Source: Rhina ancylostomus | Taxonomy: Eukaryota | Length of the DNA: 64,000 nt | Reading direction: 5' to 3' | Assembly (NCBI GenBank): GCA_030265395.1 | Contig: JARFYF010000104.1 | Span: forward strand, 57,896,858-57,960,857 | In this document: positions 38,935 to 51,084 of the stretch, piece after piece | Layout: every line of letters begins with the position of its first letter | Numbering within the stretch: the stretch's first letter is position 1 | The notes under the pieces: model-generated | What the model saw: the letters and a program-made list of their open reading frames with translations, nothing else | Told to the model about the DNA's origin: nothing | Database searches by the model: none | Position numbers and translations under genes: made by a program

Positions 38935-39790
38935 TTCAGAATCAGGTTTATTAGCACTGACATACGTTGTGAAATTTGTTGTTTTGAGGCAGCAGAATAG
39001 TGCAAGACCGAAAGAATAAAAATTACTATAAGTTACAAAAATAGTGCAAAAGAGAAATAATGAGTGTTCATGGGTTCATTGACTGTTCACAAATCTGATG
39101 GAGGGGAAGAAGTTGTTCCTGAATCATTGAGTGTGGGTCTTCAGGCACCTGTTCTTCCTCCCCGATGGTAGTTACATGAGGAGGGCATGTCCTGGGTGAT
39201 GAGGGTCCTTAGTGATGGATGCAGCCACCTTGAGGTATCACCTCTTGAAGATGTCCTCGATGGCAGGGAGGGTTATGTCTGCGATAGAGCTGGATGAGTC
39301 TACAACCTTCTTGCAATTCTGCACATTGGAGCCTCCATACCAGGCGGTGATGCAACCAGTCTGAATGCTCTCCACTGTATATCTGTAGAAATTTGCAAGA
39401 GTATTTAGTGACATACCAACTCTCCTCAACCTCGTAGAGCTGCTGGTATGCTGCCTTCATGATTGCATCAATGTATTGGGCCCAAGATAGATCCTCTGAG
39501 ATGTCAAAGCCCCGGAACTTGAGGCTGCTCACTCTTTCCAATGCTGACCCCTCAATGAGGACTGGCGTGTGTTCTCCTGACTTCCCCTTCCTGAAGTCCA
39601 CAATCAATTGCTTGGTCTTGCTGACATTGAGTGCGATGCTGTTGTTGCAGAGTGTGAGGTAGTTCCTATGCTTGCGACACCACTCAACCAACTGATCTGT
39701 CTCGCTGCTGTACACAGCCTCATCACCATCTGAGTTTCTGCCAATGGCAGTAGGGTCATCAGCAAATTTATAGACTGTGATTGAGCCGTG
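38935..39790 (-). mobile_element. 5'-truncated Rex1/Babar element (RT with FADD motif)
   Basis: ORF 39209-39835 (YKFADDPTAIG...LVEWC...LNVSKTKQLIVDFRK) and ORF 39238-39429 (LANFYRYTVESIQTGCITAWYG). Confidence 0.93.
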
Positions 39791-40009
39791 TCTTTTCATG
39801 TTTCTATTTGAGGACCAATCGTCTATTGCTTTCATGCCACTGCATGACCAAGTTTTATGTATCTACAAACCCATTAGCTCTTGGATCCAGAAAAACAACT
39901 GATACTTCGGTTTATACATGGTACGTTTTACCACTTTAAAGTCTAAGGTACTTTGCAAGCATTACGTTTTGAATTGAGTCAACTGGTCATTGTCAGGGAT
40001 CATGTCTCG

Positions 40010-40340
40010 CATTATGCAGGACTTGACAAGATGGTATAGTGCATTTCTGAGGATCTGGGTCTGATCCTGACCTTGGGTGTTTCCTGTGTGGAGTTTGCAT
40101 GGTCTCCCTGTGACATTATTGGGTTTCTGCTCAGTTCTCTGGTTGCTGACAGTTTCCAAAAGGTGCGCTTGTTGGTAGTTTAATTAACCATTGCATGTTG
40201 CCCCTGGTATAGGTGGGTGGTAGGAAAATCAGGGTGGTGTTGATGGGCAATAGAGAGAATAGGCAGCCAGGACATAGGTAGGGCAATGTGATTGAATTTA
40301 TGCACTCTCAGAGAAATCCCAATGGGCCAACTTGCATGAA
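40010..40340 (+). mobile_element. Degenerate V-SINE (HE1-like)
   Basis: CTGTGTGGAGTTTGCATGGTCTCCCTGTGAC...GGGTTTCTGCTC. Confidence 0.7.
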
Positions 40341-40509
40341 ACATGAATATAAAGAGAATTTTAGTTTTTAAAGTCACCTTCACAGTTCAAAACCTTATGA
40401 GCTTGTGGCACATCAAAGAAGCTGAGAGAGCATAAATTTCAATGAAATTCTTTCAAACATTAGGCTGTTTGTGACCAAGATTCCAGTATTTCTGTGTAGC
40501 TGTTGCCGC

Positions 40510-40850
40510 TTAAGAGCTCAAGCCCAACTTAAAACATTGAGCATGAAAGTTTACACCAGCACTTGCATATGTTATTGAGGGATTGCTGTGCTGTCCAAAA
40601 TGTCACCTTTCAGATATGATATTTGATGTTAGGGGTTCCATGGCACTGTTTTGAAAAGAGCAGTGTAGTTATTCTTGGTGTTCTGGACCACATTTATCCC
40701 CAGTCAACAACATTTTTTTAGAAAGAAGTATCGGGTCCTCATTTGGCCTCGGAAACTTGTTTTGTAGTGTTCCTTAAGTGATAATGTTTCAAGTCCTTTA
40801 TTGACTAACTGCAAAGTGCTTTGAGGCATCCTGCCTCTGCGAATGATGCT
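40510..40850 (+). mobile_element. Degenerate Deu-domain SINE
   Basis: TCCATGGCACTGTTTTGAAAAGAGCAG...GGTGTTCTGGACCACATTTATCCCCAGTCAAC Deu core. Confidence 0.65.
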
Positions 40851-42889
40851 AATTAATCCCAAGTTCATAATTGTTAAATTGTCATCTAGTGATTTCCTTT
40901 TTGAGGCAAACAGAATTTCTTTGGACCTAAATGAAATTCATTCAGTGATGGAATTTAAGTCTATCCTCTGCAGTTGACATTAACTTTTTACCTAAACCAG
41001 GTAAGTTTGTAGTACTTGAGGGAACTAATTGATTATTTTGTTCTCTGGTTTCAATATGGGCTTAGATTTTTGTTTTAACTGTGTTCCTCCTGATGATCTT
41101 GCAAGTCCTCTCCTTGATATGCAGGTGCTGGTAGACTCTGAATTTTAACTGTATTGAACTCCCAACAGTATTCTGGTTGAATCAAAGGGAAAACTTGGTT
41201 CTGCCATTTAACAAATGACAAAGAGCACACACTGCATGTATTTAACCACCAACTTCCCCATCGTGGATACGTTGACATTTTTCCCACCGACACATTGAGA
41301 GAGCAGGAAATTGCATCGACATTTAGAATGATTTTGGCATCTGGGCAAGCAGGCATCGGGTTAAGGTTACACATGAAGTATGCAAGAGGGAAATCATAGT
41401 TCACATGCTCTGTTTCCATTAGGAGGAAATTGCAGCTATGTGGCCTACATGGGCCAGCCCAGATGGTGCCCTACCTGTAGCAAGCCACCCAGCAACCCAA
41501 TGCAGTGCACTCAACTGAAAAAATTGCAAGCAAGAATACTATCAGGCTAGAGACTGCAAAGATGGTTTGAGGGGGGCTCTTCCTATCTGATCCTTCATGC
41601 AGAGGTGGAGTCTTAAAGCCTTTTGAGGCCACAGTGCAGAAAAGAGATGATCTTTCTTTTCGACCTAGTATTTGGCAAGGGATGCAATGTCTTTTTGAGG
41701 ATCATCTTGAGCAGCTGCGAATCTCTACAGTTGTTCCTACAGACGTGTACCGAAAGTTGTACTTGGTTGTTGATCTTCCAGTGCAAGGAGATGTCCACAA
41801 ACTAATGGTATCGACTGGTTCATTCGTGTAGCAATATGTGCCGATGGATGCGCTGAAGCTGGCTGCTGCCACTGCAAAGGCTTAGTGATGATGAACATAG
41901 TCTAGAATCCTGCTACTCTGTAATAGCCCTTCAAATGTTTCATGAATACAGTGTTCAGTGATGTTGATATTTTGTAAGTGAATATATTGAATAGTGGCAC
42001 AGAAAAATGAAACTTGATTCTGCCAAAGCCCTCTTATTTAGTGAAATTAGATAAATTTCCAAGGAGAAGCAAATGCTGTTTCTGTTTTAAGATGATTTGA
42101 AGACATTTGTGCATGTTGCATTCATTTGCATGAAAGACATCCAAGTGATAACTAAGCAAAAGTTATTTTAAGCTGTGTGATTGAGTTGCTTGGTCTTGCA
42201 GTTGTTTTATGTTTGTAGAAAGATTGATCATGAATCTGCAAAACAAAATATCTAAAATAACATCTGTGGAGGAACATTAATGTTTTTGTTTTCTTTTCAG
42301 TCAAACTTGGAAAATTGTTAAGCTCACTAGAGATGTTGTCTGACTTGAGCAATTCCAGCTTGTTCTGTTTAGTTGCATGACCTTGCACCACACATCAGTG
42401 TGTAGGTCCTTTAATTACTGTGATATCAGTCAGTTCCAATTTCAACATGTAACAATATTTAATGTGTTGAGAGAGATTTAAGAATGCATGAATGAAGTCT
42501 TGAACTTTTCAAATCAATATAACCAGTTGGTTGCTTAATTATGGAAAGATTGAGTCTGTGTCATGTTGGCAGAAGGAGGTGACCAGTGCACTGATAAGTT
42601 CACTTAAATTGAAGCTAAAGTTTGTTTTCTGGTCCAGTTAGTTCTCAACAAAAGTTTGTATGTTGTACCTTTTAAATCAAAGACACTTAGTGAAAGACGC
42701 ACTTTAGTGTGGATCCATGACAAATTTGGCCCCATTTTGAGTTTTGCAATTTATTAATTGCAATTCATTTATTATTATTTATTATTATTGTCATCATCTT
42801 TTGGCCTTGCTGTAGCTTCCCTTCTGATGTAAATGCTGGTCCATGCATTTTATTTTACCTCCTGGATCCATCACGTTCTTGGCCAGACT

Positions 42890-43130
42890 CCCTAATTCTA
42901 CTCTAAACTTAGAGTTTAATTAGCTCTGCTGCCTGTATCCAATGTCTTTTTTTTAGTTTTCCCACTCTTATGTTCTTGCTGACCTCCTGGCTCTTGGCCA
43001 ACCTTTTGTATTTTAAAATCCTTGCCCTCCTTTTCTAATTTGTCTGTGGTCTTGCCTCTGTAACTTTCAGTCCTATAATCCTCAATTTTGGCCTTTTGAG
43101 CATGTCTATATTTAATGATCTGCATACTTT
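42890..43130 (+). mobile_element. Degenerate L2 fragment
   Basis: CTTGCTGACCTCCTGGCTC...TTTTAAAATCCTT (LADLHWL...FKIL-like). Confidence 0.5.
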
Positions 43131-43139
43131 TCTCCTATT

Positions 43140-43985
43140 TTCACCGGTTCAAATGTCTCTGCTCTGATGACTACAACTTCCACTCCTGTGGTTTAGATAT
43201 CTTCCTGTGGTTTCCCCTCCATCACTGTTGACAGGATTAACTGTACCTGTTCCATTTTCTGTGCCTCTACTTTTGTCCTTTCCCCTCATTCTCCCTATAC
43301 TTGCTTTCCAGTCACCACATTCAATGGCTCATCCTCTCCAGTTTCTGCCACCTTCAATGAGATGCCCTACCAGACATATCTTCCTCTCCTCTTTCTGGAG
43401 GGATCATTCTCTCTCTGACTCCCTATTTCATTCTTCTAAATCCACTCCCCTTCTCGTAGCATTTCCCATGCAAATTCAAGAGATGCTACACCAGCTATTT
43501 GATCATTTTCATCATGCAGGCACTCAGCATTACTTCCAGTTGAAACAGTAATTTGGTCTTCATCTAGCTTAATGCTCACAACGTGGCCCCTCTACGCTGC
43601 CGTATAAACGTATAACGTCTTAGAAGACCAGTAATTAAAACAGGTTGGTGACTTTGCTGCAAATGAAATAAGGGGTCATTATAACAATTATACAATGTAA
43701 ACGCCAATAATNNNNNNNNNNTGCACAACATCTCCATTCATGTTGTGGGGTGACCCTGAGATAATTGCCTTTCCCACTCCTACTCTGGCATCTGCTTTTG
43801 GCCTCTTACAGTGTTCTAAGGAAGCCAAGGTAAAGTCAAAGCATGGCACTTCATCTTCCAGCGTGGCCCATTATAGCCCTTGGGAGGCAGCATTATAGCC
43901 CTTGTGAGGCAACATTAAACTCAACAATTTCAGATTACCAGCTTTTCCAGTTTGGTTCAGAATTGACTGATTCTGATGAATGTTG
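43140..43985 (+). mobile_element. Penelope-like element relic (3' part), ending at CTGATGA 43973-43979; related terminal sequence at ~45500-45815
   Basis: Colinear with 58800-59250 (GAGGGATCATTCTCTCTCTGACTCCCT; CTTCATCTTCC...AACAATTTCAGAT). Confidence 0.75.
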
Positions 43986-45395
43986 GATCTAATTTCTACG
44001 TTCTGTTACTTCTTCAAAAAATGCAATCAAATGGGTCAGACAGAACCATGCTGACCATCTTTGATTAATCCCTGCCTTTCCAAGTATAGGCCAATCCTGT
44101 CCCTCAGAATTTTTTCCCAATAATTTCCCTATCACTGACATTAGACTCACAAGTTTATTCCTGCTGCCCTTCTTGAATAAAGGTATCATGTTTACTGCCT
44201 GCAGTCATCTGGCACTTCACCTGTGAAGATTTAGAGATCCCTTTCTGGGTCCCAGCAATCTTGCCTGGTGGAAGACCCTTGCCTTTCATAGCAGCCTGTA
44301 GATCTATCCATCAGTTAGAGCATACAAGACTTCCTCCTTTTCCGTGTTCTTGAATTTCACGTTCCCCCCACCTCCTCCCCCTGAATTCACCAACTTCAAT
44401 ATCCTTCACCTATGAGATGAGAATCATTTAAAACCTCATTTACGTCCACTGGCTCTGTGCATAGATAACCCCTTTTGTCCCTAATGGCCCCTACTCTTTC
44501 CCTGGCTACCCACTTGCCCTAAGTGCACACAAAATATTTTCTGATTTTCCTTAACCTTGTTGGCCAAAGGTATATCATGTCACCTCTGTGCCCTCCTAAT
44601 TTCCTTTAAAATTAGCTCCACACACTTTATATACTCCTGAAGGACCTTCCCCATTTTCAGTTTTCTATACCTGCAATACGCTTCCTTTATATCCTCAACA
44701 ACCCGCATTCCTTGGATTTGTTGTCCTCGTCTTTCATTCATACAAGGACACATTGGCCCTAAACTCTCATTATTTCACTTACGGATGACTCTCACTTGTC
44801 AGATTTAGACCCACTATACTTTTGCCATGTCTTATAACATTGAAATCAGCCTTCTCCCCAATTCAGGACCATAATTTCTGGACCATCCTTATCACTTTCC
44901 ATATCTACCTTGAAGTTTACAGGGTTATGGTCACTATCTCCAAAATGCTCTCCCACTGGCTACATTCTCCAAAATTTGGTCCAGTACTGCCCCTTCTCTA
45001 ATAGGACAATGTACTGGCTCAAAAAGCTCTCCTGAATGTTTCTTAAAAATTCCATCTCCTCTAAGCCTTTCATACTAAAGGCAAGCCCAGTTCATATTGG
45101 GGAAGTTGAAATCCCTTACTACTATATATTATCACTCTTACATCTCCGTGATTTGCCTCCATAACTGCTCACCTATCTCCTGCTGATGGAGGCTTGTGGT
45201 ATACCCTTAGCAAAGTGATCACCCCTTTTGTTCTTAAACTCTAAGAATATGGGCTCATTTGAAGGGCCTTCTAGGATATCCACCCTCATTACTGCAGTAA
45301 TGGACTCCTTAATCAATATTTCAATGCCATCTCCTCTTTTACATCTCCCTTATCACACACGAGGATTTTAAACGCTGGAAATGCTAAGTTGCCAT
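43985..45395 (-). mobile_element. Degenerate CR1 ORF2 (endonuclease to N-terminal RT)
   Basis: ORF 43989-44189 (IPLFKKGSRN...VSLMSVIGKLL); minus strand near 45095-45120 encodes the GDFNFPN endonuclease motif. Confidence 0.85.
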
Positions 45396-46249
45396 GATCT
45401 TTCTTTTTACTTCTACACAGAGCATTTCCAGCATTCTCTGCTCCTATATTTCACAATGTTTTAAATCTGCAATGTTTTATATCTCACAGTTCCAGTACTT
45501 TGTTTTCATTCATCTTTTATTTATACTTCTTCCAGACAGATCAGCCATGAATAAAAAGCCTTCACCACCCTCTTCCAGATGGCCCCACATCACTTGTGCC
45601 ATTCACCTCAGATGTCTTCAGCCTACCATTGGTACTCACTTTAATCTCTCCATACTTCTCTTCAACTTAAAACGTATCCTGACTTTTTACAGTTTAAAGA
45701 CTATTAAACTGAAATGCTAACCTTCTCTCTCCCCAGACATGATCTGGCCTGATGAGTATTTTCAGAGTTTTCTGTTTCTATTTAGATTTCCAGCATATGC
45801 AGTTGTTTGCTTTTCTAAATTTAATTCTGCCACCATTTGTGATTATAGCTTTATTTGCCTTTAAAGCCTTTCATCCAATATCCCGGATGTGAAAAGCCAG
45901 TGCTAAATCTATTGAGCTGTCCACCCCTTCATCATTTGAAAGTACTGGGAAGGCAATCGACAAGACAATGGTAGTAATTAAAAAAAAACTAGGGTATTAA
46001 AAACTAGAGGACAGGACTATAATCAGAATCACAAATTTAATTCGAGGAATAAATATTTTATGTTCCGCTTTCTTTCTTCATGGAATAGATTATGCTTGTA
46101 GAATTTAATATAGTTGATAATGTTGGCAAAATATTTTAAGGATAAGTAATTAATAATTCAATAAAATGGTTATGAGATTTTTACATAAACCGTGTTTTGA
46201 TTAAATCCTGAAACAGAACTTGCTTTCATGCCTTACCCAGTGAGCTGGG

Positions 46250-46555
46250 TAAGGCAGGAAAGCTTTCTACAATTGTACAGCTCTTTGATGAATCTGCACT
46301 CGGATCATTATGTGGAGTTTTGGTCCCTTTATATATATACTATCCTTGGATTGGGTACCATGAAAGTTCACTGAACAAACCACATATTTAGGATTCAGTC
46401 TAATGAAAAGTAATTGAACAAAGTGCACCTCTACCCTCTGAAATCTTGAAGAATGCGAGTTGACTTAACTGAAACCTGTAAAATTCTGAAAGGTTTGGCA
46501 GGGTTAATGTTGAGAAATGTTTCCTCTCTGTGGAGGGCCAATAAATTGTGGTGGG
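46250..46555 (+). mobile_element. Degenerate CR1 fragment, followed by a Deu-SINE piece (46560-46680)
   Basis: CTACAATTGTACAG...TATGTGGAGTTTTGGTCCC (LQLY...YCVQFWSP-like). Confidence 0.6.
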
Positions 46556-46699
46556 AGGTTCACAGTCTCCCTGGTGTCCTAGCCAATATTTATTCATCAT
46601 TTAACGTCAATAAAGAACAGATCATTTGATCAGTATCACTGTTGTTTGTGGAAACTTGCTGTGCTCACAGTCACATTGATTCAGTGACCTGGCAAGTGT

Positions 46700-47260
46700 G
46701 ATGCAAGTATTACTTGTCACTTATCAGGCCAAGCCTGAATGCTGTCCAGACCTTTCTGTATGTTGGCATGGATTATTTCATTATCCGAGGAGTTGCAAAT
46801 GGAATTGAATATTGCAATCATCAGCAAATATCCCCACTTCTGACCTAGTGTTGATGAATTGCTGATGTAGTTAGGCCTGAGGAACTTCTGCAGTGATGTG
46901 CTGGAGCTTGGACGATGAGCCTCCAACAACCCCAGTCCTATGCTTGAAGCATGATGACTGCCAATGAAGAGTTCTCCCCGACTCCCATTTCCTCAGATTT
47001 CATTAAATCTCATTAAAGCCACACTAGGTACCATGTAGATGTCAAGGACAGGCACTCTCACCTTGAAACGGACATTTGGCTCTTTTGACCAGGTTTGAAC
47101 AATGAGGTCTGGAGCTGAGTGGTCCTGATAGATGCCAAAATGAGCATCAGCAACTAGCTTATCATTGAGTACATGCCGTTTGATTACAGCATTGAAAACA
47201 CATTCCTCTGCTTTGTGGAGCAGTAATTAGTGGGTTAAATTTGCTTGCTTTTTTTGGACA
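46700..47260 (-). mobile_element. CR1-clade LINE (second family) RT fragment
   Basis: ORF 46717-46929 (FNSICNSSDNEIIHANIQKGLDSIQAWPDK) matches ORF 19236-19424. Confidence 0.8.
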
Positions 47261-49089
47261 AACATGTATGAGGTCAGATTCTTACCTGAGAAAACTAGTT
47301 AAGAAAAACATACTTTGAGCATTAAGGGAAATAAAAATGCACCAAATGTTCTTACCAAGTTCCACACATACACTGAACAGAAAACAGATCACAATGATGC
47401 TGTCTCCAAAACATCACTTAATGTACAAAAGACAGTTATAGTTCATTTGCACCTGAGGTGCTAGTGAGTTGTAAATCTTTCACACCAAAGAAACAGTGTT
47501 CCAATTTGCTGCTACTGATGAATAATCACTTATTTATTTACTGGTATTTGGTTATTTAAAGCTGAAAAATAGACTGAGGTAGCATTGGGTTGCACTCTCT
47601 CTATATTCTTCAACTGCTCACTAGCAGATGGCTTATGCACCACCCTGTGCTGCAGATCCTGACTGATGGGTCAGATCAGCTAGTGCTGAGGGTCACAGCA
47701 CAGCAAGTGTAGAAGGTCTCACTGCTGCCTTTCTGCCAACAAAATGACTGCGTAAGGATTATAGCCTCTGTTCAAAATCAGCAACTAATATAAATAAAAC
47801 CTCATCAGGTGCTTTACAAAATGAAATAGTGAATCTACATAATCTTATTATACTTCCATGCCAGTATTTTAATACATTTTGATTCCCCTTCATCTCACCT
47901 CTAAAGTTACAGCAATGCATTACCACCAAAAGTTAATAATACTATATCCTACCTTTAATGAATTTAAAGTTAAAATACTTCTGCCAGCTCATCTAAAAAC
48001 ACATATTGTTGCACAACAAGTCACTTCTAACTGAATTAGCCTATAAATAGCCAGCTGAGGATAACAGATATTGATCTTTTGGAAATTTAACCTGCATTTT
48101 CTAAAATCCTCACCAGCTCCACATATTATTCTGAAATACTGGTGGCAGAATATAATCGGATTGAAATAGTAAAACCAGTATCTACATGTGCCCCAGTATT
48201 AAAGCCATTTCAAAGTCTGCAACAATTGCCTACTTTAAATACATTATTTAATTTTTACAAGCTGTGGCTTAATGGATATAATAACATTTACCCAAATACT
48301 AAAATTCAGAGACTCAAAAAAATACAAATAATCTAGTCACTTCCAATATTGTTTTGCTGTACTTCAGGAAAAAGCATTTGAGAAAGCAGGAAGGTAATTA
48401 AAAATTCATTTAAAATACTGCATGATACTTTTAAATGGTGATTAATAAGATAAAAAGAAACAACTTAATGCCGACAATTCAGTGCAGCACAGATGAGCAC
48501 AAACCAGTGTACTATGAACTTGGCTGACATTTCTTGGGACAATTTTTCAGTGTTCCTGGGCTAGATAGAGTGACTGCTTCTAATTGTTTTCTGGTGACCA
48601 TTTTCCCCAATGCCTATCCATGTTAGGACCTGGATGTGGCTTGTATACCATGTGGAGAAAAGGCTGTTATTTTGATTCAAGGCAAGGAATTGTTAACATT
48701 TATTGTACGGACAAAAATGAAAATTGACCACCTAGCAAAGATGTTCAGAGATATTTTTAAATCATGCAACTTTTAGTGAATTTTCATATTCTACTTATTT
48801 ATATAGATTGAACATTTTATTTATTGTTTCTATTCACTCAGATCCATAAGGAAGCAACATTTGGAAGAGGGGATGGAACCTGGCTGCAGTGTTAGAACAA
48901 GTATAAAATCTCACGCACTTGGTCAAGGTTATTGAACACATTAGCAAATCTTATCTCTTAGCAACCACACCATAAGAAAGCACATTGCTCTGTGCACCAT
49001 ACCATCATTTTTTAAATTAATCTCCAACAGCCATGCCTACCACCCAGTCTTCATATCACACCCAGGCACACTTTTCAGGGAGGATATTT

Positions 49090-49350
49090 CTCCTGGCTGG
49101 GTACCTAGAATCAGGGGTCACAGTCTCAGGTTAGGGCAAGCCATTTAGGATAAATCTCTTCAATCAGAGGAAGGTGAAAGAGAAGGTGGGGGAGGCCAAA
49201 TCGCTGAATGTATCAAGGTGGTAGATACATAAACACAAGGGCCATGGGGAGAGAACTGACATTTGGGATTGGGACAGAAGATCAGTTTTGATCCCACTGA
49301 ATGGCAGTGCAGGCTGGAAGGGTCGAATGGTCTATTTCTGCTTTCTATGT
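49090..49350 (+). mobile_element. Degenerate CR1 3' end
   Basis: CTAGAATCAGGGGTCACAGTCTCAG...GAATGGCAGTGCAGGCTGGAAGGGTCGAATGGTCTA. Confidence 0.7.
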
Positions 49351-49929
49351 TACACACATTTCCAGCTATTCAACCAGGGAAGGCACCTCATAAACACATT
49401 GCGTTATTATGTTCTTGTACTCTTACCTCACCCTTGCAGGATGAAGTATCAAAACTCTGCCAGCAATATCAGACTTGCAGTGGGCAGCGCTGGTCTCCAT
49501 AGCTCTGCAGCCTGGAGGTACTGCTGGCCTTTACTTGAGCAACCAGATTTAGCAGCCTAAGGCTACACAGAGATGGATGTCTATATATTTAATTCTCCTT
49601 ACCACAGTCAACTTCCCCCTCAAGCCACAACGTCTCCTGATTTAAAAGATGCTGATGGTTTAAACATCTTATATCATTCCTCCCCTCATCAGTTGACCTT
49701 CCAGCAATAAACCAGGATGACATCGTTCCAGGCAGACATTTCCAATGTGGGTTCCACCTGGGCATACAGCCAAGGCACAGGGGAAGGGCAGCTCAGGTGC
49801 ACCCCACCTGAAGGGTAAGGTTATATACAAGTTCACCTCTCAAGGGCCTGAGAAAGTTGATGGGGTAGCTTCCAGAATTCTGATGTGTGCAGAACATTGA
49901 AATGTTTGGGATATTGTCAGGCCTACTTA

Positions 49930-50040
49930 AAATCTGGAATCTGAAGCAAAAAACAAGCTGCACAAGGAACTCAGCAGATCAAGAGGCATCTGTGGGGGGA
50001 AATAGATTTTGATATTTCGGGTTGAGACCTTTCATGTGGT
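49930..50040 (-). mobile_element. Penelope terminal repeat with decayed hammerhead core
   Basis: Minus strand ACATGAAAGGTCTCAACCCGAAAT...GATGCCTCTTGATCTGCTGAGTTCC. Confidence 0.7.
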
Positions 50041-51084
50041 CCTGCTGAAAATCTGTAAGGATTGAGAAGCTGCACAGGCAGAGTCCTGCTACAATAATCC
50101 ACAGGGCTTTTGCCTGGAGACAGAAGCCAATCATTTCCATTGACGTCATGGCCAGTTCTACATTTTCTCAGCGAGCTTGTATTTCTATTGCTTGACTGGT
50201 GCAGTGGAAGTTTAGAGTTTGTCACATAGGCTAGAAGCATNNNNNNNNNNNNNNNNNNNNNNNNNNNNNNNNNNNNNNNNNNNNNNNNNNNNNNNNNNNN
50301 NNNNNNNNNNNNNNNNNNNNNNNNNNNNNNNNNNNNNNNNATAGGCTAGAAGCAATGAATGGCCCAGTCCCATGTTGCACACACTGAATGGCCCGCCATT
50401 CAGCTACTTGGCCACACATACAGCCTGCCACAATGCAAGATCAGATCACTGCCATCATAGTTCTGGAGACCAGTGCTTAAAGGGGCCTTTGAGGCCATCA
50501 CTGCTCTCCAGAAATCTGTCAGCTTAATGGGATTGCTAAATCATTGCCCTTAGAGACAGCAGCAGTGGCACCCTGGAGTATGAACATGCAGTTCACTGTT
50601 GTGGACAACAACATTTGCGACACTATCACTATCACTCTGCCAGTGTTCGGCAGCCAGCTCATAGCCAATAAGTCTGAAGCTGGGCCTTTAAGGCCTACTG
50701 CTGTTCCAGGTTGCTTTCCAAGGCCGTCTGCAGAATTGATCTCTGTAAGGAAGCAACAGGAGAGCACTGCTTATTAATACAGGGACAGGCAAAGGCAACA
50801 AGGGGATGCACTGATTTGCTTTTGACTTCAACTGAAAGTAAAAATATGGGTTGGATGATTGACTTGCCTGTATCTTTTATTCATTGTGTTCAANNNNNNN
50901 NNNNNNNNNNNNNNNNNNNNNNNNNNNNNNNNNNNNNNNNNNNNNNNNNNNNNNNNNNNNNNNNNNNNNNNNNNNNNNNNNNNNNNNNNNNNNACTTGCC
51001 TGTATCTTTTATTCATTGTGTTCAAGTGGATGCTGAGATGATCAGAAGCCAAGATGGAAGTAATAGTGCAGTGGAGAATTGCTT

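Noticed and set aside
39656-39664. TGAGGTAGT, identical to the let-7 5' end
   Set aside because: Only 9 nt, inside a Rex1, no precursor hairpin.
50476-50692. TTAAAGG...CCTTTAA, Kolobok-like MITE
   Set aside because: Inverted match extends only about 3 bp beyond TTAA.
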